Source of the DNA: Bulleidia sp.
GTDB taxonomy: Bacteria; Bacteroidota; Bacteroidia; Bacteroidales; Bacteroidaceae
Length of the DNA: 64,000 bases
NCBI GenBank assembly: GCA_963659135.1
Contig: CAVKSZ010000005.1
Span: forward strand, 1,565-65,564
Direction of reading: 5' to 3'
In this document: piece after piece, positions 1 to 9,846 of the stretch
Layout: each line of letters begins with the position of its first letter
Numbering within the stretch: the stretch's first letter is position 1
Made by a program: the position numbers and the translations under genes
Notes under the pieces: model-generated
Database searches by the model: none
What the model was told of the DNA's origin: nothing
The model's input: only the letters and a program-made list of their open reading frames with translations

Positions 1-3000
1 AATTGCCAAACCACGCTTACCGAGATAAACTATTATATAGACAATGATATCTTACAGAAAGATATAGACAACGTGGGCGGTATAGTGGGCGAACTGCGCA
101 ACTCTACCGTTACCGGCTGTACTGCCGACGGATTTATACGTACCGATGGAAAGTGTGTAGGCGGTATCGTGGGCGCAGTGAATGTAGGATTGGTAAAAAA
201 TTGCCAACTGAAAGCCTTTGCCGGCGGTAACTCTAAGGTAGTAGGTCTTACCTATGTAGGCGGTATAGTAGGTTTCTTGCAGGGACGCAGTATGGCCAAT
301 GCCATAATAGACTGTACCGTAGCCGATGGGTCAATTGTTACCGCATCGGGTGTGTACGAACGCGATACCGTAAAGGTAAACACCTCGCAGATATGGGGCA
401 CTATATGCAGTGTAGATAGCATGGACTCAGAACCCGGACTGTGGGAGGGATATTACGAGATATACACCCCCGACCAGCTAAAATGGTTCTCGTCTAAGGT
501 TAACAGCGGCAGCAACTCTATCAAGGGTAAGCTAATGACCAACCTTAACATGGGTAAGGCCGGTGGCTTCACCCCAATAGGAACTAAGGATAAACCCTTT
601 GCTGGCGTATTCGACGGTCAGAAATATACTATCGATAGCCTGACCATAAACGACCAAGACTATGCCGGACTCTTTGGATATGTAAAGGACGGTAGCATAG
701 TTAATCTGTATCTTGACAATCCTAAGTTGACTACGGTAGATAACGACTATCTGGGTCTGGTAGCCGGATTCCTTACCCAGAACTCTGGCCACGCTACAGC
801 CGTAGGTTATATAGAAAACTGCCATGTAAAGAATGGCAACATTGCCCGTGGTGATAAAGGTGAGCCGCAGTATATTGGAGGTATAGTAGGAAAGATGGAC
901 ATGAGTGCCGAGGTGCGCGGTTGTACATTCCAGGGTATCTTGAAGGCCCACGAAGATTATATTGGCGGTATAGCTGGATGCATGGATTCGGGTGCCAAGA
1001 TGTACGGCAGTACTACCATAGGTCCCTCTACGGTATGGGGCGACAACTATGTAGGCGGAGTAGTAGGTTATATGACCGATAAAGAAACTCTGCTGGAAAA
1101 CTGCGATGTAGACCAGACCCACGGAGCCGTAGAATATCATGCAGAGGGTAGCGGTTACAAAGGCTTGGTACGCGGTTACGACCAGAGCGGTACCGAGCGC
1201 AAGACGGTGTATAACTACAACAACCTGCAGTATACCGTTACCGGTAAACGAGTAGATATAGGCAGCAAGACGGTGGCCGAGGCGGTAATCACCAGTGTAT
1301 CGTCGCAGGGTAAAGGTACTTACTTTGCCATAGTAGACCTAGGTAAATTCAACGATTACTCTACCACCGAGATTCAGAATGTGCATGGCGCCGAAGAACT
1401 CTACTTCTATGATAACAAGGTAGACATGGCTTATGTTACGGCAAGCGCCTGGATAAACATGAAGATAGACGACTATGCCTTCGACAAAAACTTCAAGGCA
1501 CTATGGCTGAAATACTATATGACCGCCAATGCCGACCACTGGGTAATGCTGGGCCCACAGGATGTATATCCTGCTGGTGAAAAGATGTTCGACAATTGTC
1601 CTAATGCCAAGATATACGTAGACGCTGAGTATTACGAAGCCTTCTGTAACGATGAGCGTTGGGGCAAATACAAGAAATACATAGTGCCTACCACCGCTAT
1701 GCGTACCGAGGATGTAAACGCCGAACACGGTGCGCGCTATGCCTTCGACCGCAACCGCGACAAGACAGGTTCGGTAGTAAACTTGGACAATGGTACACAT
1801 TATGGCGTAGACCAGGTACATGTGATAGGTGCCGACGACAGCTATCTTACCAGCGACAATAATAACACCCTGTGGATATACCAGGATATAGGCGAAACTT
1901 ACGACTATAACACTACCAAGATATGGGCCAGCTCGTTTAAGGGCAAGAGCAATATCCAGAATGTAAAGTTCCAGGCCATCACCAAGTCGGCTCGCCGCCC
2001 CAGTATGGATTTCAATATAGCAATAGGCGACTCAGCCTTTGCCAACTGTGAGAATCTGTATGCCTTTAACGTGGCACTCTACTCAGACCAAGACAAAGAA
2101 CACGTAGAGATACTACACCCCAAGGATATGCCATTGGGTAAAGGTGTGTTTGCTGGATGTAATAATCTGAAGATATATGTAGACCCGTCGGTATTGAGCG
2201 AGTTTGTTAACGATACCGTGTATGGATGGGGCGAATACAAGGACATTATTGCCACTACACTCTCTGCCTGGGATCAGTATACCGAAGCTGGCGTAAAGTA
2301 TGGCCATATAACCTCTACCGACGGCAAGACCCGCTATACCAGCAAGAACAAGACCGAAATGGAAGAGTATGTAGCACCGTGGGTGGGTCAGTTTGGTAGC
2401 TTTACGGCCGACAATATACTCTGCCCCAACTACAACGGTACTATGAATTACATGATAGCTACCGGAGTAGACAAGGACAACAGTGATATCAAGAAGGGTA
2501 CGCTGAAGATATATAATGATATAGGTAATACCTACGATTACAAAACCATTGCCCTCTCGGGTACGGGCTTCCGTGGTAACCAGCAGATACAGAGTATTAT
2601 CTTTGAAGACTGTGCCGGTTCGTCGGGTAATGCCAATGTAGGTCTCTCGCTGGTTATCCCCGATGGTACATTCGAGGGTTGTTCTAATCTGAAAGAGCTA
2701 AACATGTATCAGCTTATTACCAAAGGAACCAACCACTACGAGAGCATCAAACCCTCGCAGATATTTATTGGTAAGAATGTATTCAAAGGTGTACACCACG
2801 ACTTCCGCATCAAGGTTATTCCCGGACTCTACAATGACTTTATAAACGACCCCAACTGGAGTCAGTACAAAGACCTTATTACTGCATCAGAGTATGTGCC
2901 TACCGGCGAGAGCGACGTGGTGAAAAACGGCGTTACTTATTCTTATGCCTCGAGCACTCTGAACACCATCAGTACGAAGGAGACCTATGAGATGCAGACA

Positions 3001-6000
3001 TCTATATGGAACCTTCCTATTGTTATAGCCGAGGCCGTAATGGCGGCTACTGATATAGCAACGGTGGTTGATGCATTTGGACAAACAGCTAAGCAAACGG
3101 CATTAGAATTGGCTCTCGAAAAGGCGGCTAAACAAGAGAGAAGTGTTATAGACCACTTCTATAACATAGTAGACCAATACGAGAAGGCGTTAAAGACAGG
3201 TAGAGAATACTACGCTTCAAGCATGGGCATACTAAGAGACAAAATAATATCGGTTAATAATATTCTTACCAATTCATCGAAAAACCTATTTGTAAAATCA
3301 GTTCAGACTTCAGCACGTTGGGAATTAGAGGCGGCTGTCTGGGCACAAAATAGATGGGCAATTGAGGCTACCGCTTCTGCTTGGAGAAATCAGATTTTTC
3401 TAGGTATAGGTACTGCCGCTGGCAATTCTTCTGCTCAGATAATAGCGGGTAGCCGTCCGCTGTCAAACGGTATTGCATACCTTGGCAACCGTTCACAGAA
3501 ATCGTTCTATAAGTCCCCGTCGTGGTATATCAACCAGGCCAACTGGGTAACAGAGCGTGTACGTACCAATGTACCGCAGATGTATGTCAAGACTGTAGCT
3601 GACCAGGAGACTATTGATATCATGATAAACCCAGGATCGTCTAACACCACGGGATCAATATGGTCAAGCCCCTTCCAGACTATAGAAATAGGTCGTACGG
3701 CATTCCACGACAAGAACAAGGTTAAGGAGGTTAAGTTCTCTGATGCCAACGGTGCCAATATGCCTTACGATCCTATGCAGATGGTAATGCCAGACTCTTG
3801 CTTCTATACCTGTAATGGTCTGGAAAAACTCAACTTGGTTCTGCACAGCAATGGCTCTTATATATCTAGTTACAAGAACCGCGATAAGGCACTTACGCCA
3901 GACAACTTTATTCTTATGGGTGATATCTTTGCCGGTTGCGATACCACAAAGATTAGAATATATGTAGGCAAGGAAGTGCTGCAAGATTTTCTTGACGACG
4001 ACTTCTGGGGCAAGTACAAGACCATGTACAGAACTGTAGATGTAGAAGAGAAACAAGACCATAGCGAGTGGAGCTGTCGCTACACATACACCTACGACAA
4101 CAACACCATGCCGCTGGTAACCACCACATCGGATAATGAAACTATATATCACGTAGACATCTATGCGCCCGACGAGAGCGCACTGAAGTCTAACGAAGGA
4201 CTGGCTGCCCTTATCAACGACTATGGTTTGGCCTACAACTACAAGCTAGACAATGTTAAAGCCAATGCCTTTAAGGGCAATAAAGACCTGAAGATTCTTG
4301 ATATTACCGACTCGCATACGTTTACCGGCGATGTATACACCGACTTCACAGTAACTCTGGGTGACTCAGCCTTTGCCCATTGTCCCAATTTCGAGGACTT
4401 CAACCTTATCTATCAGGTTACCGACGGTACAAACTCACTAAAGTCTCTTTCTCCCTCACAAGTGGTGTTAGGCAAGGGAGTATTTGACGATTGTCCAAAG
4501 TTGCGTATCAAAATATGTATGGATCAAGAAGATGCCTTTATGCAAGATTTGGCGTGGATAAATTATGCCAACTTGATAAAGCCATGTCTGTTCTATCCTG
4601 TTGATTATCGTGTAAAGAACCTGCTTTGGAACAAGTATAAGTTCTATACCAAGCTCAACGGCAACCAGAGCAACAGTGAATGGAAATATATAGATGCTTC
4701 GCTTGCTAAACCAGCCGAACTAAAGACTATTTTCAAGAATGGTATCTTCCGCCAATTTGATGAGTTCCGTGCTTTCCAGACCTGCGGTCTTGACAGTGTA
4801 TATGACGAAATGTTTAGCAACTGTCTGTTCTTGCAGTCAATCACCTTGCCCGACTCAATAAACTATATAGGCAGCAAGTCGTTCGCAGGTTGTGAGGCTT
4901 TGCCCAAACTTACCATTCCTGCTAAAGTTTCTTCTATAGGCGACGAGGCTTTTACCGGTAGTGCCATCAAGGAGTTTATCGTTGAAAATCCAAAGCCTGC
5001 CGATATCAATGCCGCTAAGGTATTCTCAGGTTTGCTTAACGAGAAAGACTATGTAATCTACGTGCCAGACAGCGTGGTAAACATCTATCGCGAAAAGTGG
5101 GCAGCCGTGGCTAACCATATTAACTCTGTAAACAGTCGTAGAACTCTTAGAGTTGTCAATCTGACTAAGGCCGGTACACTGAAAGATTCGTTGGGACTTA
5201 CCGTAACTACCACCAGTGACGCAGCTAAACATTATGTAACTGGCATGATGGCTCAGTACGACTCGCTGCGTATAAGCGGTCCGCTCAATGGCGAAGATAT
5301 CTTGGTGCTGCGTGCCCTTGGTGGTCGTAACGTATTGAATGAGCTCAACTATATTGGTTGTCTGCGTTATCTTGACCTCTACGATGCCGACCTGAAGGAG
5401 AGCGATTTCTGTTATAACACTCAGAATGTAGACGCTGACTATAGCGAGATAAATAGTAATGATTATATCACCGAAGACAATTATGTAACCAAACGCATGT
5501 TCTGTGGTATGACTAATCTGGAAACGCTTATCTTGCCACGCTCTGCTACAAAGATTGGTACTAGGGCTTTTGATGCTTGTCCTAAGTTAAATACTCTTGT
5601 GGTGGGCGATAACGTAACCAAGGTAGAAGAGAATGCGGGTATGAACTGTCCAAATATGGAGTACTTGGTAATGTTACCAGAAACAGTGCCTAATACGCAC
5701 TATACTTCATGGGCGTTCCATGCCACGGGTACCATAAATAAGACCAATCTTACTGGTGGTATCAGTCTGACCGACTATACTCGCTTATCAATGATAGTTC
5801 CCCCGGTTACAGGTGAAAACTATTTCAAGAGTACCGAGTATACCGAATATACAGCCGACTCTATAAGCATACTGTTCCATGACCAGGAAGTATTCAAGGC
5901 CATGAAGAAGGCTCATATCTTCTCGCCTAACGACTTGGTAACTCTGCGCGGTATTGATGGTAAATTCAATGGTAATACAAGTATCAAGGAATTCAATGAA

Positions 6001-8685
6001 CTACTGATAACTTCTATTCAGGTTTTGGGCAACGGCTCGTTTACAGGTATGAAGAATATGACAGAGGTAACACTGCCAATGTATCTGTCGGATATCAAGG
6101 AGGGTTCATTTGAGGGTTGTTCATCCTTAAAGAATATTAATGTATTCTGCCAAGAATGCCCCACATTGGTCAAGGGTGCCTTTGACGACTTACCTACCGA
6201 CTTTGTGATAACCGTGACACAGGGTTACGAAGACCAGTACCGCAAGGCATGGCCCGAGTATGCCAGCCATATCAAGGGCTATCGTCCAGAGATGAATATC
6301 CGCGAGATTACACTCAAAGAGATGAATACTCTTGCCGATTCGCTCAATCTGAAGGTATGGATGAGTTCTAACAACCAGCTTGTAACAGGTATCTCTGGCG
6401 ACATGTCGGGCATTACAGCTCTGAAGGTAAACGGTCCTATAGGTAGTAAAGACCTTGCTGTGATACGTATGCTGGCAGGTCGTGAACCTAGCGCTAGTTC
6501 GCTCTCGTACTCTACCAGCCTGAAGTATCTGAATCTTTATGATGCCCAGATTTGTAAAGACGATATTAAATTTGGATTTATAGGCGACTTCAGTCATAGC
6601 ATAGAGAGAGCTAACGAAGTACCGTCATTGTTCCTGTACGAGTGCTATCATCCACAGACGTTGGTTTTGCCCAAGACTGCCACAAAGATTAATTCAAGTG
6701 CATGTTATGATATGTATTCGCTCAAGAGTGTTGTTATTGGCGATAAGACCACTTATATTGATGACGACGCCTTTGGCGAGTGCGACAATCTGAAGACGAT
6801 GATATTCCTCTGCGACAAAAAGCCTACGCTTGATGATGACGCATTTACAGACCCGATTATGTACTACAACGATGTGCATAAAGTAGACAAGATGTATGTG
6901 CGTAAAGATATCATTGACGATTATACTTCTGACAAGGAATATACGCAGCATGCCAACAATATTACCAGCGTATTCTCTAACGACGACCTCTTCCGCGCCT
7001 ACGGTTCAAGAGGTATTGGATGTGAAGACGACCTGGCATCTATCAGTGCCATTACTGGATGGTTTACCTGGTACGATAATATTACCGACTTGAGTTCGCT
7101 TAAACGGTCGAATATCACCACGTTCAACTCTTACGATGTGGAGAACCTCGCCTCGCTGCAGCGTGTAACCTTGCCTTCTACGGTGAAGACCATAGGCGAC
7201 GAAACATTTGCCAATAACACCAAGCTGTCATGGGTTGACCTTAGCGAGTGCGACAGTCTTACCTCTGATATTACCAATCTAGGTCTTCAGGGCGATGTGC
7301 TGCTCTATGCGCCTTCAACAGCCAGCGCAGCCAGTGCCTCAAATGCTCCAGCGCGTGTACGGGGTATGTTTAAGGCTCCCACTACCACCGACCGTAGCGT
7401 AGTAAATACAGTATACACCGTTGACGGTAAACTGGTATGCGACGAGTATCATCTGCCTACCACACGCGATTATGATGTACCTCGTGCCTTTACCGCTAAC
7501 AAGATAGTATTAGACCGCGAGTTTACCCCGCAGACCTATACTACGCTTGCCTTGCCGTTCGGTATGTCAAAGACTCCTGCCGGCTTCAAGTTCTTCAAGC
7601 TTAACCAGGGTCAATACTTCAATATGGGTCTGAAGCGTACCTCTACCACCGAGGCTGCCATGCCTTATGTTGTATGGACAGAGAAAGACCAAATGGTAAT
7701 AGACGTTCCCTCTATAGTAAATGCTACTCAGACTGGTAAGTCGCTCAACAACGAGTATTATAATATGGTAGGAACGCTTAGCAGTATCACCAATAGCAGT
7801 GCCACTGCCATGAAGGCTCTTGCCTTTGACAGTAACAAGAATGTGTGGAACCTTGTACCTGCCGACGATGCCACTACTATTGCTCCATTCTCGGCTTATG
7901 CACAGGTGCGTAATACCGCAGCCACTAACACCGATGTACCCAACGTGTTCCTTGATCCGCAGTACTTCTACAGTGTAGGTACAGCCAAGCACATGCTTGA
8001 TGGCGACGATGTGAAGAGCCTTTCTACCGACGAGATGACGCTGATAGACGGACAAGACTTCACTGCCGACGAAGGCATAGAATCGTTCACAGCCGACAAA
8101 GCCACCTACACCCGCGAGATGACTACCACTTGGGGTACGCTCTGCTTGCCTTACTCTTACTCAGCCGAGGGCAATGCTACCTGTGAGTTCTACGATATGA
8201 CGGGCAGCAACGGCTCATCGCTGGTACTTACCAAGCTTGCCGGCACTATAGAGGCAGGCCGCCCCGTAGTAGTTCGCCGCCGTTACGCCGATGTAGCTGT
8301 AGAGATAGCTCCCGCCGAGACGGTAGACGTTACCACTAGCGTAGATGCAACCACTATGATGAACGGTTCGTTTACCCAGACCGACGTTCCTACAGGGTCG
8401 TACATTATCTCTAAAGATAAGTTCTGGTACGTAGATGCCACTAAGTACCCCAGTGGAGCCAAGATTAAGGCTTACCGTGGTTATGTAACCTCTACCGGTA
8501 GCAAGGCGGCATGCATGGGTATAGCCGTAGATGGCGAAACCACCGGTATCGACCAACTGAACAATCTGGATAGCGACGAGAAGGCCGAATACTACGACGC
8601 CGAAGGTCGCCGCACCAGCGGACTGCAGAAGGGTCTGAACATTGTGAAGACCGGCAAAAAGGTAGTTAAGGTAATGATAAAATAA
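1..8685 (+). CDS. Giant (>2890 aa) surface protein with GLUG-like repeats, BspA/LRR_5-type leucine-rich repeats and a Prevotella-type C-terminal sorting domain; 5'-truncated by the window
   Basis: Frame 1 is open from base 1 (NCQTTLTEINYY...), so the GTG at 73 is not the true start. YVGGIVG/YIGGIAG repeats. IGDSAFANCENL, IGSKSFAGCEAL and IDDDAFGECDNL LRR units. C-terminus TTGIDQL...YYDAEGRR...KGLNIVK...KVMIK resembles T9SS-type cargo tails. Confidence 0.85.
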   Translation, partial: NCQTTLTEINYYIDNDILQKDIDNVGGIVGELRNSTVTGCTADGFIRTDGKCVGGIVGAVNVGLVKNCQLKAFAGGNSKVVGLTYVGGIVGFLQGRSMANAIIDCTVADGSIVTASGVYERDTVKVNTSQIWGTICSVDSMDSEPGLWEGYYEIYTPDQLKWFSSKVNSGSNSIKGKLMTNLNMGKAGGFTPIGTKDKPFAGVFDGQKYTIDSLTINDQDYAGLFGYVKDGSIVNLYLDNPKLTTVDNDYLGLVAGFLTQNSGHATAVGYIENCHVKNGNIARGDKGEPQYIGGIVGKMDMSAEVRGCTFQGILKAHEDYIGGIAGCMDSGAKMYGSTTIGPSTVWGDNYVGGVVGYMTDKETLLENCDVDQTHGAVEYHAEGSGYKGLVRGYDQSGTERKTVYNYNNLQYTVTGKRVDIGSKTVAEAVITSVSSQGKGTYFAIVDLGKFNDYSTTEIQNVHGAEELYFYDNKVDMAYVTASAWINMKIDDYAFDKNFKALWLKYYMTANADHWVMLGPQDVYPAGEKMFDNCPNAKIYVDAEYYEAFCNDERWGKYKKYIVPTTAMRTEDVNAEHGARYAFDRNRDKTGSVVNLDNGTHYGVDQVHVIGADDSYLTSDNNNTLWIYQDIGETYDYNTTKIWASSFKGKSNIQNVKFQAITKSARRPSMDFNIAIGDSAFANCENLYAFNVALYSDQDKEHVEILHPKDMPLGKGVFAGCNNLKIYVDPSVLSEFVNDTVYGWGEYKDIIATTLSAWDQYTEAGVKYGHITSTDGKTRYTSKNKTEMEEYVAPWVGQFGSFTADNILCPNYNGTMNYMIATGVDKDNSDIKKGTLKIYNDIGNTYDYKTIALSGTGFRGNQQIQSIIFEDCAGSSGNANVGLSLVIPDGTFEGCSNLKELNMYQLITKGTNHYESIKPSQIFIGKNVFKGVHHDFRIKVIPGLYNDFINDPNWSQYKDLITASEYVPTGESDVVKNGVTYSYASSTLNTISTKETYEMQTSIWNLPIVIAEAVMAATDIATVVDAFGQTAKQTALELALEKAAKQERSVIDHFYNIVDQYEKALKTGREYYASSMGILRDKIISVNNILTNSSKNLFVKSVQTSARWELEAAVWAQNRWAIEATASAWRNQIFLGIGTAAGNSSAQIIAGSRPLSNGIAYLGNRSQKSFYKSPSWYINQANWVTERVRTNVPQMYVKTVADQETIDIMINPGSSNTTGSIWSSPFQTIEIGRTAFHDKNKVKEVKFSDANGANMPYDPMQMVMPDSCFYTCNGLEKLNLVLHSNGSYISSYKNRDKALTPDNFILMGDIFAGCDTTKIRIYVGKEVLQDFLDDDFWGKYKTMYRTVDVEEKQDHSEWSCRYTYTYDNNTMPLVTTTSDNETIYHVDIYAPDESALKSNEGLAALINDYGLAYNYKLDNVKANAFKGNKDLKILDITDSHTFTGDVYTDFTVTLGDSAFAHCPNFEDFNLIYQVTDGTNSLKSLSPSQVVLGKGVFDDCPKLRIKICMDQEDAFMQDLAWINYANLIKPCLFYPVDYRVKNLLWNKYKFYTKLNGNQSNSEWKYIDASLAKPAELKTIFKNGIFRQFDEFRAFQTCGLDSVYDEMFSNCLFLQSITLPDSINYIGSKSFAGCEALPKLTIPAKVSSIGDEAFTGSAIKEFIVENPKPADINAAKVFSGLLNEKDYVIYVPDSVVNIYREKWAAVANHINSVNSRRTLRVVNLTKAGTLKDSLGLTVTTTSDAAKHYVTGMMAQYDSLRISGPLNGEDILVLRALGGRNVLNELNYIGCLRYLDLYDADLKESDFCYNTQNVDADYSEINSNDYITEDNYVTKRMFCGMTNLETLILPRSATKIGTRAFDACPKLNTLVVGDNVTKVEENAGMNCPNMEYLVMLPETVPNTHYTSWAFHATGTINKTNLTGGISLTDYTRLSMIVPPVTGENYFKSTEYTEYTADSISILFHDQEVFKAMKKAHIFSPNDLVTLRGIDGKFNGNTSIKEFNELLITSIQVLGNGSFTGMKNMTEVTLPMYLSDIKEGSFEGCSSLKNINVFCQECPTLVKGAFDDLPTDFVITVTQGYEDQYRKAWPEYASHIKGYRPEMNIREITLKEMNTLADSLNLKVWMSSNNQLVTGISGDMSGITALKVNGPIGSKDLAVIRMLAGREPSASSLSYSTSLKYLNLYDAQICKDDIKFGFIGDFSHSIERANEVPSLFLYECYHPQTLVLPKTATKINSSACYDMYSLKSVVIGDKTTYIDDDAFGECDNLKTMIFLCDKKPTLDDDAFTDPIMYYNDVHKVDKMYVRKDIIDDYTSDKEYTQHANNITSVFSNDDLFRAYGSRGIGCEDDLASISAITGWFTWYDNITDLSSLKRSNITTFNSYDVENLASLQRVTLPSTVKTIGDETFANNTKLSWVDLSECDSLTSDITNLGLQGDVLLYAPSTASAASASNAPARVRGMFKAPTTTDRSVVNTVYTVDGKLVCDEYHLPTTRDYDVPRAFTANKIVLDREFTPQTYTTLALPFGMSKTPAGFKFFKLNQGQYFNMGLKRTSTTEAAMPYVVWTEKDQMVIDVPSIVNATQTGKSLNNEYYNMVGTLSSITNSSATAMKALAFDSNKNVWNLVPADDATTIAPFSAYAQVRNTAATNTDVPNVFLDPQYFYSVGTAKHMLDGDDVKSLSTDEMTLIDGQDFTADEGIESFTADKATYTREMTTTWGTLCLPYSYSAEGNATCEFYDMTGSNGSSLVLTKLAGTIEAGRPVVVRRRYADVAVEIAPAETVDVTTSVDATTMMNGSFTQTDVPTGSYIISKDKFWYVDATKYPSGAKIKAYRGYVTSTGSKAACMGIAVDGETTGIDQLNNLDSDEKAEYYDAEGRRTSGLQKGLNIVKTGKKVVKVMIK

Positions 8686-8698
8686 TACAGCAACAGAT

Positions 8699-8896
8699 AT
8701 GAAAAAGAAATTCTATACAGCACCGGTCACTATGGCCGTTAAAATACAAACGCCATTTCAAATATTGGGTTCAAGCACAGGCGGAACCACCGAAGAAGTA
8801 GAAATAGGCGGTGGCAGCAGCGCGGGAGGAGACGATGGCGGTAGTGGCGACTCAGGTCCCACTCTCGACGATGGCGGACTTCCGTGGGGCGATTAA
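8699..8896 (+). CDS. Small 65-aa peptide with MKKKFYTAP leader-like N-terminus and Gly/Asp-rich tail
   Basis: ATG 13 nt after the giant ORF's stop and upstream of the shared terminator. Pattern MKKxxYxxP-x(11-13)-LxxS matches small Bacteroidales peptides I recognise. Confidence 0.7.
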   Translation: MKKKFYTAPVTMAVKIQTPFQILGSSTGGTTEEVEIGGGSSAGGDDGGSGDSGPTLDDGGLPWGD

Positions 8897-8940
8897 TCCC
8901 CACCGCCACGCATAGCTCTGCTATAAGCTATATAAACCAT

Positions 8941-8976
8941 AAGCCCGGAAACTACACTATGTAGATTCCGGGCTTT
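8941..8976. terminator. Probable bidirectional intrinsic terminator
   Basis: aagcccggaa...ttccgggctt inverted repeat between convergent genes. Confidence 0.75.
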
Positions 8977-9017
8977 AATAATTGTTTTAATATGGTTGTT
9001 GTACTATGAAAAGAGTT

Positions 9018-9842
9018 CTATTGTAGTTTGTTGTACTCTTCGTCGGTTACGGCGTCTAACCATTCGTTTGATGTATTCTCACCGTCTACTTCGAAGGCCA
9101 AATGGGCAAACCAGCTGTCGCGTGCTGCACCGTGCCAGTGCTTTACGTTAGCCGGTATATGTATCACCGTACCGGGCAGAATAGCTTGGGCGGGCTTGCC
9201 CTCTTCTTGGTACCATCCGCGCCCGGCTACGCCTATCAGCATCTGTCCGCCACCCTTAGTGGCGTGGTGGATATGCCAGTTGTTGCGGCATCCCGGTTCG
9301 AAGGTTACATTGGCAATGCCTACCTGCGATGTAGATACCCGCGATAGATAACTATTGCCGGTAAAATACTTGGCATAGGCAGTGTTAGGTTGGCCTATGG
9401 GGAATATCATCTGGCGTTGAAAGTCGGCTTTGGCTTCATAGCCCTTTACATCGTCGGCCCATATCTCTTTGGCCAGATTAAAAGTTGCCCAAGCCTTGGG
9501 CCATCCGGCATAGAAGGCGGCATGAGTAATAATCTCGGCTATCTCGGTACGAGTTATGCCGTTGGCCTTGGCATTCTGCAGATGGTGCTTTAGCGAACTG
9601 TCTGTTATACCTTGGCTCATCAGGGCGGTTACGGTAACAATGCTTCTGTCGCGCAGACTAAGCAAGTGGTTGCGGCTCCAAACCTCGCCGAAGAGGATAT
9701 CATCGTTAAGATGGGCAAATTCGGGTGCAAACTCACCCAGTTGGGTGCGCCCGGCTGTTTGTACTATTTTCTGTTGTGCCATAGCGGTTATCGATATTGT
9801 AGTAAGCAATGTTGCAAGTATAGTGCGTGATTTAATTTTCAT
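9018..9842 (-). CDS. Carboxymuconolactone decarboxylase family protein fused to a cupin domain
   Basis: LFGEVWSR...LSLRDRS...HAAFYAGWPKAW (CMD) and TFEPGCRNNWHIHH...HWHGA (cupin). Start taken as MKIKSRT at 9842 to avoid overlapping araC. Confidence 0.88.
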   Translation of the reverse strand: MKIKSRTILATLLTTISITAMAQQKIVQTAGRTQLGEFAPEFAHLNDDILFGEVWSRNHLLSLRDRSIVTVTALMSQGITDSSLKHHLQNAKANGITRTEIAEIITHAAFYAGWPKAWATFNLAKEIWADDVKGYEAKADFQRQMIFPIGQPNTAYAKYFTGNSYLSRVSTSQVGIANVTFEPGCRNNWHIHHATKGGGQMLIGVAGRGWYQEEGKPAQAILPGTVIHIPANVKHWHGAARDSWFAHLAFEVDGENTSNEWLDAVTDEEYNKLQ

Positions 9843-9846
9843 CGTC

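Noticed and set aside
73..75. GTG at 73 as the start of the giant protein
   Set aside because: The frame is open from base 1 and there is no signal peptide at 73
532..8556. Many antisense and alternative-frame ORFs here and across the window (e.g. 532-1140, 40234-40998, 57481-58125, 63517-63945)
   Set aside because: Shadow ORFs of well-supported genes, with no recognisable motifs
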